A stretch of DNA of 64,000 nucleotides from Eledone cirrhosa (GCA_964016885.1 OZ024746.1:83142001-83206000); one strand, 5' to 3'. Positions 28,685 to 42,943 are shown, counted from the first letter of the stretch. Notes: generated by a model from the sequence alone, not told the origin. Made by a program: numbers and translations.

Positions 28685-29416
28685 CATATAAATGAAGCAG
28701 CTCTAGTAATGTAGAAGTCATTTCTATAAATCATAAAATAAATATGCTACTTCTCTACTAACGTATTGAGTATCTTATTTACCTGTGGCAAACCATCCAT
28801 AATTATATACACGTTCTTACATAACTGAAATACCTGGAGTAAGTTTTACCTACCAGTGACCTTGGCGGAGTCAAACTTTAGGGCACCTACTAATGGCTAT
28901 ATTGATTGCAGAGAAATGTTTCTAGAAAAAGATAGATTTTAAACAATAAACGAGAAAAAAAATGTAAATAACAAAATACTAACAATTGAATACCAGAATT
29001 AAATTGTGCTGAATTATAACATCTTTTTCGGAAAAAAAAATTTTACAAATAAAATATTTCTTTTTTTTTTCTGATTCCTACAGACGACAACATAATTTCT
29101 TATATGGAATGATGAAGAAAGAAAATATTAAAGTAATAAAAAATCTGATTCAGTTTAAACTATTGACTTAAAGAATTTAGTTCATTGAAATATTTAGTGA
29201 ATGGTGAAGTCGATTGACTAATGTTTTGAAGAGCAATAGTCTCGAGAATATCGAATCTAGTATTCCCTCTAGTGATGCCAGGAATCCCAATTAGTGGCTT
29301 TGTTAAAATTTGGCAGATTATACACCAAACATTCGATAGTTTATCTATGAACGTAGTTTTGTCCTATCTAGTTATCTATCTCTCTTTATCATTTTCACTC
29401 TCTAATTTATCGCTTG

Positions 29417-29455
<39 letters not shown>

Positions 29456-29592
29456 TGTAGATATACATATGTATATATGTATATATATATATATACACAT
29501 ATATATATATATATACACACATATATATATATATATACATACATATATATTATGTGTGTATACATATATATAGAGAGATAGATATAGATATA

Positions 29593-29699
29593 CACCAAAA
29601 CAATGTATACACACTTTGATTACCTGTACAAGCAATATTTATTAGAATGCTGTTGAAGTGTGGCTGTTGAAGTGTGTATACATTTTTGGGGACACCCTG
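29593..29699. mobile_element. Second copy of the same MITE family
   Basis: Shares atatttattagaatgctgttgaagtgtg and a right TIR ending GACACCCTG-TA. The left TIR is eroded. Confidence 0.75.
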
Positions 29700-29929
29700 T
29701 ATATACATGTGTGTGTGTGTGCGTGTCTTTATACATATATATCTGTATATATGTGGGAGTTTGGTATATAGATATGAAATACTTGAGTATTCAAGTATTG
29801 AGACTAAAAATTCATAATTTATGAGTTCAAACCTACTTCAACCGGAAACGTCACTGAATCTTACTTCCGATTACTTAGATATCAAAGACGAAAACAAAAA
29901 CGTTATTTTTCACTATTTATAGAAATCGT

Positions 29930-30285
29930 TTGAGTGATGGAAAAAATGCTTCGTGGTATTTAGTTACAATTCTTTACATTCTGAGTTCAAATCCCGCCGA
30001 GGCCAAGTTTACCTGCCTTCCTTCCACGATCGATAAAATAAACTACCAATCAAGTATTTACGTTTATATATATTAAACGTTAAACTAATATATGTCACCA
30101 GTATTGGCAGTATCGGTAGAGGGTCGGACGCCATGCTTGGCAGCGTAGAGTTTCGACCCTTTGCGGTCTGAATTCAAATCCCGCCGAGGTTAACTTTGCT
30201 TTTCATCTGTACGGGATCGATACAATAAAGTACCAGTAACGCACTGGAATAATTGCTGGCCTTGTACCAAAAGTAGGAGCAATTG
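29930..30285 (+). mobile_element. Two SINE family A copies
   Basis: B-box and central domain at ~29980 and ~30170; tail at 30255-30285. Confidence 0.8.
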
Positions 30286-30398
30286 TATTGTACTGTTCTC
30301 CTGCGTTTTCTTTTCCGTGTTAACATTTCTTTTATTTCTCTCTCTCTCGCTCGCTCTCTCTGTCTCGCTCTCTCTCACACAGACACGCGCGCATGCGC

Positions 30399-30437
<39 letters not shown>

Positions 30438-30653
30438 ACACACACACACACACACACACTCTCTCTGCGTGAAGATATATTTTCACAAAGCTGAATATTG
30501 AAAGTGCACATGAGGTCAACCTGCTATGATTAATTGGATACCATTATGAAAGTCTGAGTACCAAGAATATATATATTTAGTTGCCATGTATTTGAAGTAA
30601 TACTTAATACGTATGGATAGTTATGTAGGAAGGTTGATATATACATGCATGCA

Positions 30654-30713
<60 letters not shown>

Positions 30714-30740
30714 TAATATAAATAGATAATATAGATAGAT

Positions 30741-30958
30741 ATGTTTCTTTATTAGCCACAGGGGCACAAAAGAAGGGGACAAATACAAAGGGGGAAGTTT
30801 ACATACAATAAAAACGTGTAAAATACTATCACAAATGCAATTGAAAAATTAATCATTACATATGGGTAACACATACCCCCGAAAAATTGTGCAACCCTCA
30901 TCTCAGGAGTACGAACAGTGAGTACCCCCTTCCTCTCTTCTTCTTTTTCCTCAACCTA
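30741..30958 (-). mobile_element. Second 3'-UTR copy of the same LINE-like family
   Basis: Shares atgtttctttatt.gccaca, caaccctca..caggag and ttcctcaaccta with 54172-54433, and follows atagatagat. Confidence 0.5.
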
Positions 30959-31236
30959 TATATATATATATATGAGCTTCCAACAGTAATGGTTGCATTC
31001 TTTAAGGGTATGTCAATATTTATTTATAAAACTGATCTATATTATATTTTATCTGATGAAAGCACACCATAATTTAACTTGGTCTCCTTGAAATATGTAT
31101 AATGAAATAAATATCGTTTTATAAATATAGTTTCCATTTGTTAATATCGTATTTTTACTCCAAATTTTTGTTGAGTGCTTTATATCAGTTATAAAATATT
31201 TGCTTGTTGTATCCCAACAATTTAAATAGAACTTTT

Positions 31237-31318
<82 letters not shown>

Positions 31319-31360
31319 TATGAAATGCTGTTCGCTTTTCGCTGCAGTGTTTTCTATACC

Positions 31361-31483
<123 letters not shown>

Positions 31484-31512
31484 TATATATAGATATATAT
31501 ATAGATAGATAG

Positions 31513-31572
<60 letters not shown>

Positions 31573-31587
31573 TATATATATAGATAG

Positions 31588-31623
<36 letters not shown>

Positions 31624-32211
31624 TAGAGAGAGAGAGAGGGGGATTGTATATATATATATAGTGAGAGAGAGATGTAGGGGCTGAGAAATTAGAATATATA
31701 TAGACCGATAGTGAGAAGAATAGATATATGACTAGATAAATACTGTACCAGCAGACAAACGGATTAATGCCTTGGCTAGTAGAAGGCAATATCATTGGCA
31801 TTGTTTAATGTAATTGTATTCATCCTTTCAATGCTTAACAATACAAAATAATTAGATTTCTGACATCAATGCTTACAACATTAACTCCAAAATACTCATA
31901 TTTCCTGCCATTCTATAACATTTATCAACAGAATTTTCATTTATTTATCTAATTTTATTTTAAAATTATCATCATCATTATTATGTTGATTATTATTACT
32001 ATTATTATCATTATTTATTATTATTATTATCATTATTAAAATACAATAAACTAAAGTCTTTGTGTCAATGGTTTAAATTGAATCTAGAAATTAAACTTTA
32101 TAATGCCAGGGTAACATTAAAGCAATAGAATTTATATAACTGTTTCTAATATATTCTCACACGCGTGTGTGTATATGTGTACAGGTAAGTGGATATGTAC
32201 AAACTATCAAA

Positions 32212-32404
32212 TAATTGTTTCTACTTTTGGCACAAGGCCAGCAATTATCCCAGTGTATTACTGGTGCTTTATTTTATCGACTCCGTAAGGATGAAAGGCA
32301 AAGTTAACCTCGGCGGGATATGAACTCAGACCATAAAGGGCCGTAACTCTTTGCTGCAAAGCATGGCGTCAGACCCTCTACCGATACTGCCAATCCACCA
32401 CCCT
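32212..32404 (-). mobile_element. SINE family A
   Basis: Full reverse copy, very similar to 10011-10191. Confidence 0.85.
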
Positions 32405-32701
32405 TAAGCCAATCCCTAACCCAACTGGATGCTAGCCTTACTGTATTAGCTTCATTTTTTTCAAAAAGTTCATTTCTCTCTGATTATTCACTGGATTCGG
32501 ACACATTGCGAACGAGTGAACAACGGAAGGAATACATTGACTCAGCATTCGTAGATGATAGCGTAGCAGCGCTGAAACATGAGTTAGAGAATCTGATGTA
32601 ATGAATCTTTCTTCAAATCTCATTTTGTCTTACCTAGTATTTCCTAATACTCTATTTATACTAAATTACTCCGTGAAATTCATTTTGGAACCTTGTACCA
32701 T

Positions 32702-32776
<75 letters not shown>

Positions 32777-32847
32777 GTTTGGATCTAGCTGTCGAAACGA
32801 CCGGAGCTCAGCCGTCGGGGTCCTGACTCTTTTTATATATATATATA

Positions 32848-32919
<72 letters not shown>

Positions 32920-33130
32920 GGGGGGGATAGCACGGAAAATATATTAAAGGATCTGTTTTTCTTTTTTCTTATTTGATTCGGCAAAGTGACATTATTGAAA
33001 AAATGAGAGGAACAATTCTTTTTAAAAAAAAGGAAATTTTAATTTCCCACCTCAAAAAGACTTGTGATAAACAACCTAAAAGACGAACCCACATCTTTGC
33101 TTTGCCGGGTCAATGTGCTAAGATATATAT

Positions 33131-33371
33131 ATGGGCAAGACACTTTATTTCACGTTGCTCCAGTCCACTCAACTGGCAAAAATGAGTTGCACCTGTAGTT
33201 CGAAGGACCAGCCTTGTCACTCACTGTGGCACACTGAATCTTCTTGAAGACTACGTAAATGGTACGCATGTCTGTAGAATGCTCAGCCACTTGCACGTTA
33301 ATTTCACGAACAGGCTTCTCCGTTGATCGAATGAACTGTAACACTCATAGATCGTAACCGACGGAGTGCCT
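33131..33371 (+). mobile_element. CORE-type SINE family C (same CORE as B, different 3' body)
   Basis: gggcaagacactttatttcacgttgctccagtcc...tgctcagccacttgcacgttaatttc...cgtaaccgacggagtgcc. Related pieces at 10225-10360, 41840-42065, 49830-49950 and 35120-35205 (-). Confidence 0.75.
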
Positions 33372-33973
33372 CCAAGTATGTATGCACACCCACCACTTGA
33401 CTCTCTCTCTCTCTCTAAATATTTTGAACATGCATACGACAAACAAGGTGACATTTTAGTCATGCAGTAGTGATCAAGAAGCACACACAAAAATAATAGC
33501 TAGCGCTCGCTATTTTGTTTCTAGGCGGACTATATAAAAATCTTACAGCTCCTTGTCAAAACTTGGCACATCTTAAGACTTCTGACATTTTCAGTCGCTT
33601 CAGTACAGTTTCCCATACAAAGAATTCAGCAATTGTGTGCATTTCGTTCGCCGTTTCACCGTCACTATGTGCGATCTCGAGGGGTTTTCACACATTTTTT
33701 TACTGCTGGCTGCTGGAAAGAAAGAATATAGAAAGAAAAAATAAAAGATGAAAACAAAAGAGTCAAATCAAATAAGCTATCGTTTTGTTGGGACTAACAT
33801 TTAATCAGTAAACACCTGAAAGATTTATTTTACTTCGGCGCATTCCGACGAATAACAAACTGTCAGGCCCTGTTAAAACCTCTTTATACATATATGTCTA
33901 TATATATATATTTATATATATATACATACACACACACACACACATAAACATACATGTATAAATATATATATAT

Positions 33974-34024
<51 letters not shown>

Positions 34025-34609
34025 TGAATGTATGTATATATATATGTATATATATATATATATATAGTGTGTGTTGTGTAGTGGTTTTTGTAGTGCGCGC
34101 GGTTCAGGGCAAGGTAAAAAGACTATGCTATATATGCATGTGTGTATGTGTACATACATACACACATATATACATATATGCATACATATATGTATGTGCG
34201 TAAGTACAGGTTAATTCTTTACCGTGTTTTTTTTTGTATTTTTGTTGAGGGGGGGAGGGGGGTATACTTTGTTTTCTGGGGGTTTTTTCTGTTGTCGTTT
34301 CTTGTGGCTTCTATTCTATTTTAAAGCAATGGGGTTGACTTTCTCTCAGTAATGTCCAAGCGTTATATTAAGTAAAATGCATGAAACAAAGAAAGAAAAC
34401 ATACAATGGCACCTCGAGAAATGATTGTTTAACATGTTTTTTTTAAATGTACATTGGAGGTAAATATAGCTTACAGGAATGGTATTAAATTGTGTTATAC
34501 TAAAACTGAAGCTTGAGATCTTGTAAAATATTCAATCTGTAAACACGATGATGTCGTTTCGAATTTGTTTGAGATCTAACACTAAATATCGACCCAGGCT
34601 CTGACATTA

Positions 34610-34870
34610 ACTACCAGCTCAGGCTCTGCTTCCCACCAGGCCGAAGAGGGCAAACTGTCTCAAGTATTGGCCACTCTCTGATAGGTTTGTGGTAGAGCCT
34701 GTAGCAGTGCTGAATTCCGGCGTTGCTGGCCTCCGGACCACATCCCTACTCACTGCTATCGGAACGGAGTTGGCTTCCCATAGGTGCGAGCCCAGCGAGA
34801 CGGAGTGACTCTTCCAGTGCATTTCACTCATCGTCTTCCTGGGTACTCCATCCTCTCGGCCGGGACACAG
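34610..34870 (+). mobile_element. CRE-like non-LTR retrotransposon C-terminal endonuclease fragment (degenerate)
   Basis: GSASHQAEEGK/LKYWPLSDRFVVEPVAVLNSGVAGLRTTSLLTAIG...EPSETE*LFQCISL, with one frameshift and one stop. Homologous to 59045-59255. Confidence 0.65.
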
Positions 34871-35962
34871 AGGCGGAGGATAAGTTAGTTGCTGTAAATG
34901 AAAGAATGAAAATGAACACGCTGGACACAGCTATATTCATCCCCTTTTGTATATACTATCGGACTATAACTATAATTATAACTAATGAACGAGACAATAA
35001 GTCAGAACCTGGTCACTCAAACTGCCTGTAGTAGCAGCTAAATCTCCATCAAATCACATTATGCCATATCTAAAACAAGCACTAGTACGATAATGTAGCC
35101 TGAAATGGAATGGATCTCCATCGATTTCGACGATGAGTGTTCCAGTTGTTCGATCAACGAAACAGCTTGCTCGTGAAATTATCGTGTAAGAGTCTTACCA
35201 TTCCATAGACCTACAGACTCGTTACCTACAACGTAAGGCTGGTCATTTGAATTACATGTGTAGTCCATCTGCCAGGCTTCCAAACATTTCCATCTACCAT
35301 TATAGTATGGTAAATGACACTTGCTCAATATTCTGGGACCTAATAATTGGGAAGAGTCCACGAGTCCGGAGTACTCTTTGTCAGAAAAACAGCTTTATCA
35401 TGTCTGGAATGCTTTTGATCATAGGTCAGCTTAACCAGGGCTATTCTTAGACTAATCACAATAACAACAACATTATATATATAGTCTGGTGTACGAGGAC
35501 CCGGAACACCACAAACCAGAGAAGTGCCCAATACACCGTGTGATACAGAGTGAGTATATTAGTGATGGTGAGGAAGAGAAACGATTGTATATATACAATA
35601 TACGTGAATGTACTATGAATTACGTTGTGTGCGTATGTCCAGGGACGTGTTTTATACATATGTATATCATGTATGTGTTTGTGTGTAACGTTTTGCTCCT
35701 GTGTAATTGAGTAAGGCAATGAAGCAACGGTTTTATGATTTTTATTTATTAAGTGTTAATTGGTGGGCAATAATCGACAGAACACAAAAGTAAAGTGTTA
35801 TCCTGAAGCGCTGCCAAAGCTATTTACCACACAAAATTAAACCGCGATGAATCGTGTTTAGAAGTCATTGTTTTTTCTACCTCTATTCATTGCAGACACG
35901 AAATGAACTGTAACACATTTTTTATTCATTCTCTTCCTATCTCTAACTCTCTCCTACTCCAA

Positions 35963-36051
<89 letters not shown>

Positions 36052-36072
36052 ATATATATATATATATATATA

Positions 36073-36108
<36 letters not shown>

Positions 36109-36147
36109 AATATATATATAAATATATATATACATATATATATACAT

Positions 36148-36178
<31 letters not shown>

Positions 36179-36256
36179 TACATATATATTTTTTCTCTCT
36201 CTTTCTCTCTTTCTGCCACACACACACTCTCTCTCTCTCTCACTCTCTCTCTCTCT

Positions 36257-36301
<45 letters not shown>

Positions 36302-36942
36302 TTATCCCTTTTGTCGCGCTCTCTTTTCCCCCTTTTCTTTGTTTTAATCAAAGTCTGTACTGGTGATAAAATGGAACCGTTCTTAGTATATAATGAGTAT
36401 GTTGCTTGTATCTGTTTCCCTATTCATTTAACCAGTAATAAATAATATTTCAATGAAAAAAATAATGCTATGAAAATCAAGCTGTTCACTTAACTAATGT
36501 AACTTTTGTCCGTCTTTTCCACTTTTTTCTATCATTTTGTGTTTTTCTATCTGTTTTTTTTAAACCTTTTTTTTACGAACAACAAACGTTTCATTTGTTC
36601 TTGAGAGCACTCTCTAAACATTTTGTACTCTCTGCCACTCTCCTCTTTTATCTCTATTTCTCTCTCTTTTTCTCTCTTTCTCTCTTTCTCCTTTTTTCTC
36701 TCTTTTTCTCTTTCTCACTCTCTCTCTTTCGCTCTCTTTTTTTCTCTCTCTCTCTCTCTCGTTCTCACTTTCGTATTCTCTCTCTCTTTCTCTTTCTCTC
36801 GCTCTCTTTCTTTTTCTCTCGATCTCTTTCTCTTTCTCTCGATCTCTTTCTCTTTCTCTCGATATCTTTCTCTTTCTCTCGCATTCTTTCTCTTTCTCTC
36901 TCGCTCTATTTTCTCTTTCTTTCTCTCTCTCTATCTCTCTTA

Positions 36943-36995
<53 letters not shown>

Positions 36996-38099
36996 CCTCT
37001 CTATTTCTCTCTTTCTCTCTATTTTCTCTCTCTTTCTCTCTCTCTCTCTTTCTATTTTCTCTCACTCATTCTCTTCTCTCTTTCTTTCTTTTGTTGCAAT
37101 TTAACTGCTAGAGAGAAAGAAAGAAAGAATGGGGAAGTCGAAGGAAAGACAACAATAAAACACCATTATCATCAAACTAGAGCAAGCTATTGTAGAAGTC
37201 TCTTCTATCCTAATTAATTAGTTGATATGTACATATTGCTTGGCTTTCTAATCATTTAGGGACGAAAAACAATATAATCACTCTTTTCGCATTAAATAAA
37301 AAATAAAAATTACTTATGGAAATGCCTGTCTTTGTTGTTGTTGTTACTATTATTGTTGTTGTTGAATTTGTTTGGATTTTTTTCTTATTTTTGTCTTGTT
37401 TTTCTTCATTTATTGTGTGTTAGTCTGTTTGTTTAGTTGGTTTATTTTGTCTTAATATTTCATCATTCAGACGTGACGGTTTAGTAGTGTGGCTTTCTGT
37501 TCACCTTAACTACCATTAACTATCACTGTTTGTAGAGCTCTATGCTCTTCTCTTGAGCATGATATTCCTCTGTCAGGGTTTCCATTCAGACAATGAACTC
37601 ATTGTTTCGGAGGAAGTTTGGAGAAATTAAAGAACTGCGTAGTGTTAAATAGGCAGAAATGAGTTCAATAATTTTTTGATAGTATTACTTCTCTAGCATT
37701 AACCTGGTGCATTCGGCTACCAACCAAGGCTTCACTGCCTGCCAGTTCGAAGAGAGCAAACTGTCAAAGAGTATCTATCATTCTATCAAACTTTACTGTG
37801 TAAGTGGTTAAGTATGTGAGCATATGTGTGACGTCTGAACGAGTATAATTCCACTCCAACTACCTTATTCTCTTAAATCGTACATAACCTCATTAAAATA
37901 ACAGGATAGATTGAATGATTGATCCTTCGTCGGTTTCAGTTATGAAAATTCAGTATTTAGATCTGAACTGCAGAGGTATTAAATTAATGTGTACGTGAGC
38001 ACGTATTCCTCAGACAGAGATACTCTGAACGTAATTATCATGGCTGAATTAGAATGACAAAACAATACTGGAACTTTGAATTACAGACAAAATAATTAC

Positions 38100-38240
38100 G
38101 ACGGGCATCCATACGGTTTCCGTCCACCGAATTTGGGTCAGAAGGTGTTGGGTCAACCCAAAGCTACGGTAAAAGACGATTGCACAGGAATCTCATGGAT
38201 GCGAAGCGAACTTCTTAACCACACGACTACACAAGCGCCC
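38100..38240 (-). mobile_element. Degenerate octopus-type CORE SINE (related piece at 58650-58770 +)
   Basis: Reverse complement reads ggcgcttgtgtagtcgtgtggttaagaagttcgctt...ggtggacggaaaccgtatggatgcccgtc. Confidence 0.5.
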
Positions 38241-38699
38241 AAACAAATTAATCAAATAAAATGCAGATTGTAGGATTTAATCCTGCATATGCAAAAAGAT
38301 GTGATGTTCTTGGTCATAGGTCTGCTGAAATAGGCCACAAATTGTGGTCTATACCAAGGACTTAGCGAATTTATGTGTTGCATAATGCGATTAAAAGCAA
38401 ATGTATCCTGTTGGCCCATGAAGTTTTCTTCGTGAATTTTGTAAAACATTTTCTGAAAAAAGGTATCACAGGTCTAAACAAAAAAAAATGTTTAGCAATA
38501 TATATATATATTATATATTATATATAGTGGTAGAACACTGGGAGTTTATATCCGTAGTAAGTGAAGCACTCAGTCCATAAGACGAGTTCAGTATAAAGTT
38601 AGTTCCACAACATATTAGCAAATCATTTTCGAGTTAAAAATCCGTTGGGTGAAACATGTGTCCTCGAAGATGGCTTGCTAATATGTTGTGGAACTAACT

Positions 38700-38783
<84 letters not shown>

Positions 38784-38850
38784 ATACTGTAGAGAAATAT
38801 GTATATATATATATATATATGCCATTAATAGACACATGTATGTATAGAAA

Positions 38851-39040
38851 TAATTGTTTCTACTATTGGCACAAGGCCAGCAACTACGCAGTGCATTACT
38901 GGTACTTTATTTTATCGACCCCGCAAGGATGAAAGGCAAAGTCAACCTCGGCGGGATTTGAACTCAGATCGTAAAGGGACGTAACTATGCTGGAAAGCAT
39001 GGTGTCTGACCCTCCACCGATACTGCCAATCCACCGCCCT
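38851..39040 (-). mobile_element. SINE family A
   Basis: Full reverse copy ending ccaatccaccgccct. Confidence 0.85.
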
Positions 39041-39511
39041 TATGTATAGAAATAATGAGAGGAATAATGAGAGAGAGAGAGAGAGAGAAAGAGGAAGAGG
39101 AAGAGGAAGACCGTAGATGCATGTTCTTATTGGCTATAACACTGCACCCAATCGATCTAACTAACCGATACCCTTGGGGAATCGATATATCAAAGGTACA
39201 TACCTGCAGCTATATTAAAAAAGGCATAAACCTCTTGTATGATAATTAGTGTTCGTTAAACTAGATCTGTTAAACCCTATCCGATAGAATACTTTTATTT
39301 TGTATTTCAGGTTGCACTCAAACAAGTTTAAAATGAACTTCGTTAATATATATTCATTCCTCCAGGAATATTCTTACGTTTAATTTCATTTGAATAAAGT
39401 TCAAATTTTTTTCGTCCCTTCTGTTTTCTTGGGCAGAAGAGGGGAGGGCAGTCTTTCTTTTTGTTATTCTTTATATCTTTCTTCGTTTTATTCCCTTCTG
39501 ACATCTTAATT

Positions 39512-39735
39512 GGACGATGAATTGGCAGAGTGGTTAGAACGTCGGATAGAATGGCAGAGTGGTTAGAACGTCGGATAGAATGGCAGAGTGGTTAGAACGT
39601 CGGATAGAATGCTTTATGGTATTAGTTCCGACTCTCTGCCCTCTGAGTTCAAATCCCGCCGAGGTCAACTTTGCCTTTTATCCTTTTGAGGTCGATAAAA
39701 AAAGTACCAGTCTAGTACTGGGGCGGATTCCTCCT
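39512..39735 (+). mobile_element. SINE family A2 with triplicated head
   Basis: tggcagagtggttagaacgtcggatagaa occurs three times, followed by the B-box and central domain. Confidence 0.85.
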
Positions 39736-39779
39736 CTATATATCTTTCTCATTTCCTCTCTCTCACTTTCTATCTTTCT

Positions 39780-39900
39780 CTGAAGAAATCTGCTGCACTC
39801 AGGTCTGGAGAGGGATAAGCTCCGACAGGCTTAAAAATGCCCCAAAATACGGTGCCCCTACGACTCTTTCGGGAGTTACGGGACCATGGATACATACAAC
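39780..39900 (-). mobile_element. Small Tc1/mariner transposase remnant
   Basis: Minus frame has PSPDLSAADFF, matching the SPDLxPxDFF catalytic-region motif. This is a single short motif. Confidence 0.4.
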
Positions 39901-40111
39901 ATCTTAACTGGGTGATGAATTGCAAGAGTAGAATCGTTAAAGCGCTTTGAGTTGAAATCTCGCCGGGCTCAAATGTACCTTTGCATTTTTTCATAATAGA
40001 TAAAAAGAAAATTTCCAGCTATTCACTGGAGTCGATTCTTCCCTCTTTTTCTCTCTCTGTTTCTCCTCAATCTGTTTCAGTCTTTCACACACACACACAG
40101 TCACAAACATA

Positions 40112-40251
<140 letters not shown>

Positions 40252-41016
40252 GTATGGTTGCTAGGATGCGTCCATAGGCGGTATGCCGGTTGAGCACTCT
40301 ATGCTCCTACGGAGCAGAGTATGATATAAATATATATATATATGTATGTATACACCAGCACCACACCCACGACACTAATTGTAGTATTTTATTGTTTGGT
40401 TGTGTCTATTATTATTTCCTTTGTTTTTCCTTCTTCCTTCTGTCTCTTTACCATTCTCCTTACTACTCTTTACGGATAAGATTTATTTAGTCGCTTAATT
40501 TTGCATAGTTTCTATTGATTTCTTCTTCATACCGTATCCAATTAAGGTTGTTTAGTCGTTGGTAAAAGGGGTAGAACACGCCATTTATAACTGTTCAATA
40601 ATAAAAGTCGATCGAAGATATATTCACAACCTAAATACTTTTAAAAATAATTTGTAAAAATCAAATGTAAAATAATAAATAAAATAAGCTAAACAAATAA
40701 TAAAAATAATGGTAATAAAAACTCTTATTCTTTTTCTTAAAACGAAAAAAAAAAAAAATAATAATAATACTAGACAGTTTACGAAGTGGGAAATCTTTTT
40801 ACGAAAATCAAATCAAATGCATTCATTTAAATCAGCTATTTTTGTGTATATAACAAGACACTTAATTCGCTGTTGAAATTTTCTGCTAAAGACAGTCTGT
40901 TTTCTGAATATGTTGAATAGTTAAACTGTTTAAATTAAACACAAACTCTCTCTCTCCCTCTCCCCCCCCTCTCTTGCTCTCGCTGTCACTTCCTTTTTCA
41001 CTCTCTCTCCCTCTCA

Positions 41017-41094
<78 letters not shown>

Positions 41095-41372
41095 ATCTAT
41101 CTCTCTTTCTTTCTATCTTGCTTAGTCCGTTCTGAAATGATTGTCCTTAAAGAGTAAATAAGGTGTAATTGACTTTCAAATGTAAATGAGATGGTTTATC
41201 ATTCATAGATTCAGTTGCCTCTATTATACTTGCCTTGATTATTTCGTTCTTCGTTATACCATCTTTATATTCTGTCTATGTACTCGTATCTAACTATCTT
41301 TCTATTACATTCTTCTTTTCTTCTCGTTTTCTCTTTCTGTTTCTCTCTCTCCACCCCCTTCTCTCTCTTTGC

Positions 41373-41443
<71 letters not shown>

Positions 41444-41558
41444 GATATATATATATATATATGTATATACATATATATATATACTTATATATACATACAA
41501 ACACACACATATATATATGTATATATGTATATATGTGTATATATATATATATGTATGT

Positions 41559-41645
<87 letters not shown>

Positions 41646-41699
41646 GGGAGGAGATGGTGTATATATTTTATCAAATGATTCTATGGACATATTTTATTG

Positions 41700-41745
<46 letters not shown>

Positions 41746-42178
41746 TGTATGTATGTATGTATGTATGTATGTATGTATGTATGTATGTATTCGTAGGTTT
41801 TGTCGAACGATAGGATAACTCAATAGTAACGCGAGTGTATTGTGTCTTTGAGGAAAACACTTTATTTCACGTTCTTTCAGTCCGTTCAGCTAGCAGTAAT
41901 ACATTTTACCTGTAATACAAAGAACCAGTCTTGGTACACAATGTGTGGCGCTGAATTTCTCTGACAACTTCGTTAAGGGGATATGAGAATGTTGAATGCT
42001 CAGCCACGTGCACGTTTATCTCACAAGCAGACAATTTCGTTGTCGGAACGAACAGATCTCCAGCACATATTCATGCACACGTAGATACATACACACATAT
42101 ATATATATACACACACACACACGCACACACACACATATATATATATATGTGAGTGTATGTATGTGTGTGTGTGTGTGT

Positions 42179-42229
<51 letters not shown>

Positions 42230-42349
42230 AAATTGAATATAGAAATGGCTTCTACATGACTAGAACTTTCATTCGAAGGAAATCATCAGGAATATATATA
42301 TGTATACATACTCACACACACACCACACACACCACACACACACATATAG

Positions 42350-42464
42350 GAACGATCGATTCTCGTCAAATCGGACCAAGGAAACAATGTTTCCGTTGGT
42401 CTTTCCAATTGCTAATATTATCTATCGGTCGCAACTCCAGATAGAAGGAGCAACGTAAAATATA

Positions 42465-42466
<2 letters not shown>
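42350..42466 (-). mobile_element. SINE B, 3' half
   Basis: gtcaaatcggaccaaggaaacaatgtttccgttggtctttccaattgc...gagcaacgt. Confidence 0.8.
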
Positions 42467-42529
<63 letters not shown>

Positions 42530-42942
42530 ATAGCAACCTCCATGTATAAATCCATTAATCCATCAGACAGAGCTTGTGAATCCGTTTGAAAAGACCGCAG
42601 TCGATCACCATAACATAAACCTATCATGCGTCATCAAGATCTTACGTTTTTCTACAGTAACTCATCAATAAACCATTCACCAAGGGAGATTTGGTAATCG
42701 ATTACAGATCATTCCAGTACTGAATAGAATTAGCAAATCGATAGTCAGAGAAGTGAGATATAGTAGGGGTATGAGCTTTAAAAAAAAAAATATACTGCGA
42801 GCAATCATCGAACTACCTCAGAAACAAGTTTTTGGAAATCCATCATGTCACCACAGAAATCAGTTAATCTATTTTATCACACACCTAGGAATAACAGACG
42901 TGTTGAACGTCTTCATTGCTGCTGATAGTTTTGTTGTTGTTG

Positions 42943-42943
42943 C

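Noticed and set aside
33500-33700. Possible Tc1/mariner transposase C-terminus
   Set aside because: Only a vague resemblance; no catalytic motif is readable.
39522-39612. 29-bp direct repeats as a CRISPR array
   Set aside because: There are no spacers, the context is eukaryotic, and the repeats are part of a SINE.
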